Assembly: GCA_934096705.1 (NCBI GenBank)
Contig: CAKOMR010000002.1
Location: forward strand, 68,383-132,382
Length of the DNA stretch: 64,000 nucleotides
Origin: an uncultured Bacilli bacterium
Lineage (GTDB): Bacteria; Bacillota_I; Bacilli_A; RF39; UBA660
Direction: 5' to 3'
In this document: one piece after another, positions 38,404-47,141 of the stretch
How the letters are laid out: every line of letters begins with the position of its first letter
Position numbering within the stretch: position 1 is the stretch's first letter
Position numbers and translations under genes: made by a program
The notes under the pieces: generated by a model
Databases searched by the model: none
What the model saw: the letters and a program-made list of their open reading frames with translations, nothing else
Told to the model about the DNA's origin: nothing

Positions 38404-38652
38404 ATGGCAAAAGATAGTGAAAATACGAAAGAAATTAAACAAACAAAAAAAGTAACTAAAAAAAATAAACCAAAAGTAAAAAAAGAAAGTTATTTAAAAG
38501 GCGTAAAAAAGGAAATGAAACTTGTTAAATGGCCAACATTTAAAGAAGTTATTAAGTACACTATTGCTACAGTTGTAATGTGTCTTATTGTATGTGGTTT
38601 CTTTTTACTTTTAAATTTATTATTATCATTAATAAAAGGATGGTTGGTGTAG
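38404..38652 (+). CDS. secE: preprotein translocase subunit SecE
   Basis: Lys-rich N-terminus, then GVKKEMKLVKWPTFKEV plus a single TM. Immediately upstream of nusG. ATG behind GGAGG. Confidence 0.85.
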   Translation: MAKDSENTKEIKQTKKVTKKNKPKVKKESYLKGVKKEMKLVKWPTFKEVIKYTIATVVMCLIVCGFFLLLNLLLSLIKGWLV

Positions 38653-38656
38653 TATT

Positions 38657-39199
38657 ATGGAAGAAAATCAAAAATTATGGTATGTAGTTAATACATATTC
38701 TGGACATGAACTTTCAGTTAAAGAAAAACTTGAAATGCGTACAGAAAGCATGGGAATGCAGGATTATATTTTTAGAGTAATTATTCCTGAAACAACTGAA
38801 GTTGAAGTAAAAGATGGAGTAAAAAAAGAAAAAGTTAAAAAAATGTTCCCTGGATATGTTTTAGTCGAAATGATAATGACAGACGAAGCATGGTATATTG
38901 TTCGTAATACTCCGGGTGTTACTGGATTTATTGGTTCTAGTGGTAAAGGAGCTAAACCAACTCCATTATTACCTCAAGAAATTGATAGAATACTTGCATC
39001 AATGGGAATGAGCAGAGTAAATGTTGATGCTGAAATGAAAGTTGGAGACAATGTTAATATAATTGATGGACCATTTAAAGGAATGAATGGAAAAATTGAT
39101 AGTATAGATGCGGAAAATAATCGTTTAACTATAATTATTGACTTATTTGGTCAAGAAACATCTGTAGATGTTGAAAATTATCAAGTTAGTAAATACTAA
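38657..39199 (+). CDS. nusG: transcription termination/antitermination factor NusG
   Basis: WYVVNTYSGHE, PGYVLVEM, TPGVTGFIG and the KOW motif GDNVNIIDGPFKGMNGKI. Confidence 0.93.
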   Translation: MEENQKLWYVVNTYSGHELSVKEKLEMRTESMGMQDYIFRVIIPETTEVEVKDGVKKEKVKKMFPGYVLVEMIMTDEAWYIVRNTPGVTGFIGSSGKGAKPTPLLPQEIDRILASMGMSRVNVDAEMKVGDNVNIIDGPFKGMNGKIDSIDAENNRLTIIIDLFGQETSVDVENYQVSKY

Positions 39200-39229
39200 A
39201 AAATTAATCGTTTTTGATTAATTTTTTTT
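39198..39229. terminator. bidirectional intrinsic terminator between convergent nusG and the ABC permease
   Basis: A6-TTAATC-gttttt-GATTAA-T8. The hairpin overlaps the last codons of the minus-strand permease. Confidence 0.7.
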
Positions 39230-39998
39230 CTGTTAAGGAAACAATTAAATATAATAAATAGGAAAAAATAATTAATATAAATATTGATGACATTACTAGA
39301 TCCAAATCAAAAACTTGTGTGCCATACATTATTAGGTATCCAATACCTTTTTTACATGAAAGAAATTCTCCAGTTATAACTCCTATAAGTGTTAGTGAAA
39401 TGTTAAGCTTTAAACTTGAAATGATACTTTTATAACTTGATGGTACTACAAGCTTAGTTAGTATTTGCCATTTGCTAGCATTAAATGTTTTAAACATTTT
39501 AATTTTAATTTTGTCTATGTTAATGAATCCATTATAGATACTTAGCATACTAACAATTAAATTTATTAAAAGCGCCATTATAATTATACTTTTTGTATTA
39601 GCACCAAATATGATTATAATAATTGGTCCTAGTGCGACTTTAGGTAGTGCATTCAAAATTGTTAAAAATGGTTCAAATATTTTTGAAATAAATGGATATT
39701 CATAAAAAATAGTTGCTATAATAAATCCAATTAACGTACCTAACAAAAATGATATTATTACTTCATTTAGTGTAGTAAAAATGTGCGGAAATAAATTATT
39801 TTGAAGAATTAAACTTTTTATTGTTTTAAATATGTTAGATGGGCTAGAGTAAATAAATGAATTAATAATCTGTTTTTTTGTTAATATTTCCCAAAGAGAA
39901 AAAAATATAATAATAATAAATATTTGAATAAATCTTACTAAAAATTTTTCCTTTTTTTGTTTTCTTAAAAAAATCTTTTGTCTATCAGATTGATACAT
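39204..39998 (-). CDS. ABC transporter permease (BPD_transp_1; nitrate/sulfonate/bicarbonate NitT/TauT-like)
   Basis: Six TMs and the EAA-like loop FNASKWQILTKLVVPSSYKSIISSLKLNISLTLIGVITGEF. Start overlaps the ATPase 3' end. Confidence 0.8.
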   Translation of the reverse strand: MYQSDRQKIFLRKQKKEKFLVRFIQIFIIIIFFSLWEILTKKQIINSFIYSSPSNIFKTIKSLILQNNLFPHIFTTLNEVIISFLLGTLIGFIIATIFYEYPFISKIFEPFLTILNALPKVALGPIIIIIFGANTKSIIIMALLINLIVSMLSIYNGFINIDKIKIKMFKTFNASKWQILTKLVVPSSYKSIISSLKLNISLTLIGVITGEFLSCKKGIGYLIMYGTQVFDLDLVMSSIFILIIFSYLLYLIVSLTEKKLIKND

Positions 39999-40320
39999 CT
40001 AAATCCCTCCATATTAAATCATAATAATTTGAAAATTCTTTGCATTTTCTATTTTCTATTGGATTACTTTTACCTTTCATTTCTATATTATATATTTTTT
40101 TTACAACTGCAGGCCTTTTTGAAAATACTATAATTCTATCACTTAAACTAATTGCTTCAGCTATGTCATGAGTTATCATTATTACGGTTTTATTTTCTTT
40201 TTTTATGATATTAAAAACGTCATCCGAAACTTTTAACCTTGATTGATAATCAAGTGCTGAAAATGGTTCATCTAAAAGTAAAATATCTGGTTTTATAGCA
40301 AGTGTCCTAATAAGAGCAAC
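39985..40320 (-). pseudogene. ABC transporter ATP-binding protein, C-terminal fragment (Walker B to end) of a gene split by the insertion
   Basis: Reverse-strand frame reads VALIRTLAIKPDILLLDEPFSALD...VIMITHDIAEA... to stop. No start codon or Walker A. Continues exactly from the fragment at 48203-48631. Confidence 0.88.
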
Positions 40321-40342
40321 TGTTTGAATGTAGCAAAGACAC
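40315..40342. repeat. left junction (att): core AGCAACT + element arm TTGAATGTA-N5-GACAC
   Basis: The arm is the inverted repeat of GTGTC-N5-TACATTCAA at the right end, with identical spacing. Confidence 0.8.
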
Positions 40343-40365
40343 TTAAAAAAAAGTATATATATTTT

Positions 40366-41952
40366 TTAAAAATTCCAAATAATTTTTATAATTCTCTTAT
40401 TATTTTCATCTAGTTTTCCAATGTAAATTTTGAGGATAAATTCATCAACAATGAACTTATTTAATTTTTTTATAACTTTATATTTTATAAATGAATTTTT
40501 ATTATCATTAATTGTAAATTTCTTATTTTTACAAAGATTAATTTTACTTTCAATAAATTTTATTTGATTTGTGTAAAAATTTTCATTATTAGTATAATTA
40601 ATAGTTAATTCTTTAAATTGTTCATTAGTAATTATTTTATTAATCTTATCTTCGTATAGTGATTTTAAATATTTTTTATTTTCTAATAATTTTTTTTTAT
40701 ATTCTATTTTTTGCTTTTCTAGTAAACTTAATTCATTTATCATTGTATTTTTGATATTATTAGTCACAATTTTAGATAAAATCTTTTCATCATAATAATT
40801 TTTTATTTTTTTATTGATTGCTCTTAATATAACATTTTCTAAATCATCATATCTAATAGATTTTTTATTTATACAATCATTGTATCCATTATTAACACTT
40901 GAGCAAACTAAATATTCATGTAATTTAGAATTCTTTTTTTTCATATATTTATTGCACTCTAAACAAAATACTTTACCAGAAAAATTATGCACAATTCCCG
41001 TATTTTTTCCAGCTTTTGTTCTTTCATTAATATACTTTTGTACTTTATCAAATGTTTTATTATCAATAATAGCTTCATGAGTATTTTCTCTTCTTATCCA
41101 ACTGTTTTTATTTTTTTTAATAATTTTATGATTTTTATAACTTATTGTAGTTCTTTTACCTTGCACTAAATTACCAATATATAATTCATTTGTCAGTATC
41201 GTTTTAATAGCATTTGCAGACCATTTTATTTCTTCTATAGGCCTATTACTTATTATGTTTAGTTTACTTCCTTTTTTATATTTATAAAATGAAGGAGATG
41301 GTATTTTTTTTTCATTTAAATATTTGGCTATTTCTGTAAAGCACATTCCTTTTAAATATAATCTAAAAATGTCTTTTACTATTTTAGCAGCCACAGGGTC
41401 TATTATTATTTTGTTATTATTTTCTTTTGAAATTTCATAACCAAAAGAAGTAAAAGGGGAAATAAATTCACCTTGTTTCATTTTTGTTTGAAAAGCACTT
41501 CTAATATTATTTGAGATATCTTCTAAGTACCATTCATTAACAAGGCCATTTATTTGCCTAGATTTTTTATTGCCTTGGATATTAGTATCTGCATTATCAA
41601 CTAAACCGATAAATCTAATATTCCATTCAATAAACTTATTGTGAATATATTTTTCAATTATTTCCATATCTCTAGAAAATCTGGATTGACTTTTACATAG
41701 GACTATATCAATTTTTCCATTTTCACAATCCTTAATTAATCTTTCAAATTCAGGTCTATAAGTACCGGCACCTGACAAATCTTCATCACAATATTCATCA
41801 ACAAGTTTAAATTTGGGATTTTTTCTAATTTCGTCTAAAAGTAAATTTCTTTGATTTTTAATGGACTCACTATCGTCAAGTTTATTTGTTTTGTCTTTAT
41901 CTTCATCAGATAATCTTAAATAAATAGCTACTTTTAAATAATCTTTATTCAT
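40366..41952 (-). CDS. large serine recombinase (resolvase catalytic domain + recombinase domain + zinc ribbon + coiled coil)
   Basis: VAIYLRLSDED...SIKNQR (catalytic Ser region), DIVLCKSQSRFSRD, FGYEI recombinase domain, CLECNKYM...LVCSS...C zinc ribbon, and a Lys/Asn-rich coiled C-terminus. 528 aa. Confidence 0.9.
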   Translation of the reverse strand: MNKDYLKVAIYLRLSDEDKDKTNKLDDSESIKNQRNLLLDEIRKNPKFKLVDEYCDEDLSGAGTYRPEFERLIKDCENGKIDIVLCKSQSRFSRDMEIIEKYIHNKFIEWNIRFIGLVDNADTNIQGNKKSRQINGLVNEWYLEDISNNIRSAFQTKMKQGEFISPFTSFGYEISKENNNKIIIDPVAAKIVKDIFRLYLKGMCFTEIAKYLNEKKIPSPSFYKYKKGSKLNIISNRPIEEIKWSANAIKTILTNELYIGNLVQGKRTTISYKNHKIIKKNKNSWIRRENTHEAIIDNKTFDKVQKYINERTKAGKNTGIVHNFSGKVFCLECNKYMKKKNSKLHEYLVCSSVNNGYNDCINKKSIRYDDLENVILRAINKKIKNYYDEKILSKIVTNNIKNTMINELSLLEKQKIEYKKKLLENKKYLKSLYEDKINKIITNEQFKELTINYTNNENFYTNQIKFIESKINLCKNKKFTINDNKNSFIKYKVIKKLNKFIVDEFILKIYIGKLDENNKRIIKIIWNF

Positions 41953-41966
41953 AAAGCCTCCAATAG

Positions 41967-42050
41967 TTAATTAAAGCTATATTCTATAATATTAAATATT
42001 TTTTCATTAATTATTTGTTTTAACTTTGTATCGGTTATATTTTTATCCAT
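41967..42050 (-). CDS. possible small ORF upstream of the recombinase (27 aa from ATG; open in frame up to an AAGGAGG RBS at 42088-42094)
   Basis: MDKNITDTKLKQIINEKIFNIIEYSFN, ending 14 nt before the recombinase ATG. A strong RBS lies 30 nt upstream with an in-frame ATT/ATA. No homology recognised. Confidence 0.25.
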   Translation of the reverse strand: MDKNITDTKLKQIINEKIFNIIEYSFN

Positions 42051-42218
42051 AACTTCTATAACGTTATATTTAGTATTTATAAAAATGCCTCCTTTTTTTA
42101 CAATAGTTGTTTTTTATTTATCAATATATTTTATTTATTTTATAGTAAAAAAATAATCTTTATGATATTATATATTTATAATAGTGCGGTTGCATTAATT
42201 TTTGGTGGTATGTGATTT

Positions 42219-45200
42219 ATGAATGAAAAAATGACTTTAGAACAATTTCAACAAATAAAAAATCAATTAATAAGTTTAGCAAATGAGGCTACATATGATG
42301 ATCCTGATATAGAGCAGAGGATAGTTGAACAATATTTAAAAATTCAAAATCAATTATTAGAATATGATTTAAGTGACATTCCATTTGAAGCATGGGATGG
42401 TGTGACAATAGTTTCAGATAAAGATCATGTAGTGGATTTTTCTAAAACAAAAGCTAATATAGATTTTGGCTTAATTTCATATTATGGATATGGCAATTTT
42501 AGGGATTGCAATATAAAAAATCTTAATTTACTTGGTAGTTATTTAAATCCTAGTGAATTTGATGAGAAAACAATTAGAGCTAATTCTACATTATTTTTAT
42601 CTAATATTTTTAATGAAGAATTTAAACGTAAATATTATAGTAGAACTTTAAATATTAGTGATTTGACATCATTAACTAGTCAGCAATTAGATGAATTAAT
42701 GCAAAAAAACATATTGATACATATAAATCAGCAAGAAAGAACTAGCGTTTTAATAGATACAATTGGTATTGATAAAGCTATAGAGTTTTATAAAAATTTT
42801 CCTAAAGAATATGAAAATGTTAATAAAATAGTACAATTACATAATGATTTTAGTGGTTTTATACGTGAAAGCAATAATATACCAACATTTGATGAATTTT
42901 TACAACAAATTAAAACTGCTGATATTTCAAAATTAAAGGATATATGTTTTTCTTATGCAAGAAGACAAATTATAAATTCTAATATAAAAATTATGAAAAA
43001 TGAATATCCAGAAGCATTTATTCAGGAAAATTCGGATATATTTTTAATTAATACCAATATTCCACAAGATGTAAAACAAAGATATTTTAATAGGTCTTTA
43101 TTAATTCAAGATCTTCTTGATTATCCTGATGTTTTTAGCAATATTTCTATAGATTATTTCATGGATTTTAGTAATAATATATCACAATTTTTTAGAGATA
43201 CTTTTGGTATCGGCACATTTCAAGAGTTGATAAAAAAGCACCCTGATGTATTTAACCATATTTTACAAGAAAATCATATTTATGAATTTAGTCATTTTTT
43301 GAAACCAGGAAAAGATGCAGATACTACATTTACAAATGCAGTTAAAGATTATTTTTTCAGTTATTGTAATCCTGAACAATTTTTTGCCTATGAAGATCAG
43401 ATGCCAAATGATAACTTAAAATGGTTATCATCTATGAAATTTAAATTTGTAAATAAATTAAAAACTAAAGAAGATTTGTTACAATGTGATAATTCAGTTT
43501 TAATTTTTGATTACAAACAAAGAAAAGTATTAGCTGGGCTTGGTATTGATAATGTAAAAAAATTTGAGCAAGACACAGGCTTTTTTACTCATAAAGAATT
43601 TGAGTGGTCAGAAGATTTAAACATGCTTAATTTTTGCTTTAGTTATTATGAAGAACTATATTCAATATTTAAAAATGGTAGTTTATCTTATGATGAATTT
43701 TTAAATAAATTTGCAGAATACTTGAATGAAGTTCGCAAACATAATGGTTTTTCTTTACATCAATCTTATGATTGGATTCAAGGTAAATTTAGAGAAAATC
43801 ATCCTGAAATATTTATGGATTCAAATCTGCCTAAAGAATTAAGAGAAGCATTTTATAAAAATAAACTTACTTCAACATTTATATATGAACATCAGGATTA
43901 TATAAAATATTTGGTAAATAGAGATTTATTAAGTACTATAAATGTTGATATGAAATTATTTGCTCCCGGAGAAACTGATGAAAATGGTTTTGTATTTCCT
44001 AGTTACAAAAATTTTGTAAAAGAATATATTTCAAGATATGGTAATGAAAAGTTTCTACAACTTTGTGTTAAATATGATGGTATTCTTTCAGATATTGAAG
44101 TAAATAATTCGAATGATGAAATTGAAGATGAACAAGCCATAGAGCAATCATTAAGAAATTCTATTTATGAAAAAATATTAGAAGGAGGCATAGATTATTC
44201 ATTTCTTAGTAGTAATCAAGACTTTATAATTGAACATCCAGAAATATTTATAAATCTCGATAGTCTATCTAATATACCTCAAACTGTTAAAAATGTAATT
44301 TTAAAAAATTTTTACAGCGGGAGTCTAAATTTTAATATTATAAAAATATACCCAGAGCTAGTAGATGTACTTAAAGACAAGAATTTATTTGTAGCATTTA
44401 ATCGTATTGATGGAAGACATTATAATGAAAGAATATATATAGGTCAAACTTATGAAGAAAAATATAGTGATTTAGAATTATTGCAAGTATTTGGTAATGA
44501 AAAGTTTTTACAATTGTGTGCTAAATATGGAAGATACATGGATGGTGTTGCACAACAATTTAGCAAAAATGTAACTATAAAAAATGGTAAATATATTGAT
44601 ATTAGGCAAGGTAATAAGAAATTAAATTTCGAGGATATTTCCAAGATAATTGAAGATATTATTATTCTTGAATGCAAAAAGGGTAATATTGAATATAGAC
44701 CAGATGATGTACCAGAATTTTTAAAAGAAAAGTCCCCGGAATTGTTTTTGGAAGAAAATGCTCCTGATGATTTAAAAAAACATTTTTATAATAGTAGTGC
44801 GGGTAGTTATCCTTTAACTTTTGAATTATTGCAAAAGAATAAAGATTGGTTGCCATTTTTAAAAGGAAAAGCCTTAGCTACTTCATTAATTAGGGGTGAA
44901 GAGTATAAATATCAATTAAGACAATATTTTGAATTGTTTGGTGAAGAAAAAGCTATTAAATTAGGAATTAGTAAGCCTGAAACAATTAAAGAAATGCTAG
45001 TGGATAATCAGATTGAACTAATGAAACGTTGGTATGATAAAACTGGTGGTAAGTTTATTCCTGACTATGTTGTAATGCAAAACTTTCCTTTAGAAGAAGC
45101 AGATAAATTTTTATCATCTGGTGCAAATTGGAGCAGTTTGATGAAAATTAAAAGTTTTTCTAAAAAAGCTGAATCAAGGGCAGCTATGTTAAAACTAGCT

Positions 45201-47141
45201 TATTCATTTGGAGCTTTTGATCAAGATCAAAGAGGCCTAAAAAAAGTACAAGATTTATTAACCGGTTTACCCAAAAAGATTGATGCTGATAATGGATTTA
45301 TTATAGATCAAATTGATTATCAAATAAATCTTTATAGTCAAAAAAATGTTTTCTATTATAATGAATCAAATAATAGTATTCTATTGCCTGAAGAAAAGGA
45401 AAAAGCATATCAACAAATGATTGAATATATAAAGAAACATGATTTTACTGATTTAATTGATACAGATACTTTACTTAATTTACTTGAATCATTAAGAAAA
45501 GAAAATGTTACAATTGATTTCTCTAAGCCAATATTTGCACAGCTTTATAATAAAAATGAAGATGGTTCATATTCTTTAACAATTAATCCTCAAAGTTGTC
45601 AAAAATCGGCTCAAATTATTAGGGGTATTTTAGAAAAATTTTGGACATTACCAATGTTGACACCTGATAAAGCACATCAATTATTTGGTGGATTTTCCTT
45701 AACTTATGATCCTGATTTTAGAGAGTTTTTACTTGCCAATTTAGATACAATTTTGCATGATTCACAACAATATACTGGTCTAGTTTCTAGTGTTCAAAGA
45801 CAATTTAAAGATATTAAAACAATAAATAGTAATAGATTTTTAACCTGGGATTTAGCAATAAGTTTTGTTCAAAAAAATAAATATGAATCAGTTAATGTAG
45901 GTAATGAACGAGTTGCTGAAGTATCCGCTATTGCTGGATATAGTCAAAATGATTTTAATGTATTACAACAAATTTATAATTATGGTAAACAAAGAACATT
46001 TAGTAGTATTCCAAGAATTGAAAATAAAGTAGAAAAAACAAGTGGCAAATATACTTATCAAATTTTAAGATTGGATGATCCTTATGCTATGGCAATTGGT
46101 ACTTTAACAGATTGTTGCCAGGAATTAAATAATTGTGCTGAAGTTTGTATGGAGCACAGCATGGTTGATAAAAATGGTCGTATATTTCTTATTAGGGATG
46201 AAAATGGTAAAGAAGTTGCACAAAGCTGGGTATGGAGAAACAAAGATGTGCTATGTTTTGATAATATAGAAATACCAAACAGGACCTTTGATAGAATTGA
46301 TAAAGAACATCCAGAATTGGGTAGGAAAGGGTTTACTGATGAAATTTTTGCAATATACAAACAAGCAGCACATGATTTAATAGAAGAAGATGAAAAAGTA
46401 TATAAAGAGCTATTAAAAAGTGGAAAAATTACGAAAGAACAATATGATGGTTTAAGATTAGGAAAAATAACTGTTGGATTGGGATACAATGATATAGCGG
46501 AATCATTAAAGCAAAACGCAGTAGTTGATGATGGAAACTTATCAAGACCATTACCATTTAAAGAACCCGTAAAATTAACACAACGACTATATACAAATGA
46601 CTCTACGACACAATATATTTTAGAAAAAAGAAATGATAGAAAAGAATTTAATGGGGAAACGCTTTCTGTGCATAGTGACACTTATACTGAGTATACTGAT
46701 ACAAATTTTACGCCACAATTTTTAGACTTTCTAATAAAATTGGAAGTTGTTACTAAAAATAATTCAAGAGATTTGGGCGTTTCTGCCAGTTATTATAAAG
46801 ATTCACAACATCTTGTTAGTGATATAGCAATAAGTTATGGATTGAATCCTAAAACAACAAAAATAATAATGAATCCCAATTTTGCAATTATTTATGATAT
46901 TAATGGTAATAAACTCAAAATTGGAGATTTATTATTTAACACTAGAGTAGATAATAAAGAACAACAAATGGATATTGAAAATAATGTTGTTATGCAAATA
47001 AGGTTAGCTTTAAATCAGATTTCAAATGGAAACGAAATAGATATATCCAATTTAGAGGAAAATCAAAAGATAATGTATGAAAAAGCTATAAGTCTAACTG
47101 ATGAACTAGATAATGAAAGAGGTGTTGGCCATGGAAGATAA
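42219..47141 (+). CDS. giant (1640 aa) repeat-containing protein of unknown function; main cargo of the element
   Basis: Uninterrupted 4.9-kb ORF with no signal peptide or TM seen. Internal repeats (HPEIF...P..L+..FY and GNEKFLQLC.KY) and a C-terminal Cys-rich block. No family recognised by eye. Confidence 0.8.
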   Translation: MNEKMTLEQFQQIKNQLISLANEATYDDPDIEQRIVEQYLKIQNQLLEYDLSDIPFEAWDGVTIVSDKDHVVDFSKTKANIDFGLISYYGYGNFRDCNIKNLNLLGSYLNPSEFDEKTIRANSTLFLSNIFNEEFKRKYYSRTLNISDLTSLTSQQLDELMQKNILIHINQQERTSVLIDTIGIDKAIEFYKNFPKEYENVNKIVQLHNDFSGFIRESNNIPTFDEFLQQIKTADISKLKDICFSYARRQIINSNIKIMKNEYPEAFIQENSDIFLINTNIPQDVKQRYFNRSLLIQDLLDYPDVFSNISIDYFMDFSNNISQFFRDTFGIGTFQELIKKHPDVFNHILQENHIYEFSHFLKPGKDADTTFTNAVKDYFFSYCNPEQFFAYEDQMPNDNLKWLSSMKFKFVNKLKTKEDLLQCDNSVLIFDYKQRKVLAGLGIDNVKKFEQDTGFFTHKEFEWSEDLNMLNFCFSYYEELYSIFKNGSLSYDEFLNKFAEYLNEVRKHNGFSLHQSYDWIQGKFRENHPEIFMDSNLPKELREAFYKNKLTSTFIYEHQDYIKYLVNRDLLSTINVDMKLFAPGETDENGFVFPSYKNFVKEYISRYGNEKFLQLCVKYDGILSDIEVNNSNDEIEDEQAIEQSLRNSIYEKILEGGIDYSFLSSNQDFIIEHPEIFINLDSLSNIPQTVKNVILKNFYSGSLNFNIIKIYPELVDVLKDKNLFVAFNRIDGRHYNERIYIGQTYEEKYSDLELLQVFGNEKFLQLCAKYGRYMDGVAQQFSKNVTIKNGKYIDIRQGNKKLNFEDISKIIEDIIILECKKGNIEYRPDDVPEFLKEKSPELFLEENAPDDLKKHFYNSSAGSYPLTFELLQKNKDWLPFLKGKALATSLIRGEEYKYQLRQYFELFGEEKAIKLGISKPETIKEMLVDNQIELMKRWYDKTGGKFIPDYVVMQNFPLEEADKFLSSGANWSSLMKIKSFSKKAESRAAMLKLAYSFGAFDQDQRGLKKVQDLLTGLPKKIDADNGFIIDQIDYQINLYSQKNVFYYNESNNSILLPEEKEKAYQQMIEYIKKHDFTDLIDTDTLLNLLESLRKENVTIDFSKPIFAQLYNKNEDGSYSLTINPQSCQKSAQIIRGILEKFWTLPMLTPDKAHQLFGGFSLTYDPDFREFLLANLDTILHDSQQYTGLVSSVQRQFKDIKTINSNRFLTWDLAISFVQKNKYESVNVGNERVAEVSAIAGYSQNDFNVLQQIYNYGKQRTFSSIPRIENKVEKTSGKYTYQILRLDDPYAMAIGTLTDCCQELNNCAEVCMEHSMVDKNGRIFLIRDENGKEVAQSWVWRNKDVLCFDNIEIPNRTFDRIDKEHPELGRKGFTDEIFAIYKQAAHDLIEEDEKVYKELLKSGKITKEQYDGLRLGKITVGLGYNDIAESLKQNAVVDDGNLSRPLPFKEPVKLTQRLYTNDSTTQYILEKRNDRKEFNGETLSVHSDTYTEYTDTNFTPQFLDFLIKLEVVTKNNSRDLGVSASYYKDSQHLVSDIAISYGLNPKTTKIIMNPNFAIIYDINGNKLKIGDLLFNTRVDNKEQQMDIENNVVMQIRLALNQISNGNEIDISNLEENQKIMYEKAISLTDELDNERGVGHGR

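Noticed and set aside
46082-46681. 199-aa antisense ORF inside the giant gene, opposite the Cys-rich block.
   Set aside because: It is long enough to be tempting, but it is Ser/Phe/Leu/Cys-rich low complexity with no RBS or promoter context. It is most simply the mirror frame of a Lys/Glu/Asn-rich sense frame. Only Ribo-seq could rescue it.
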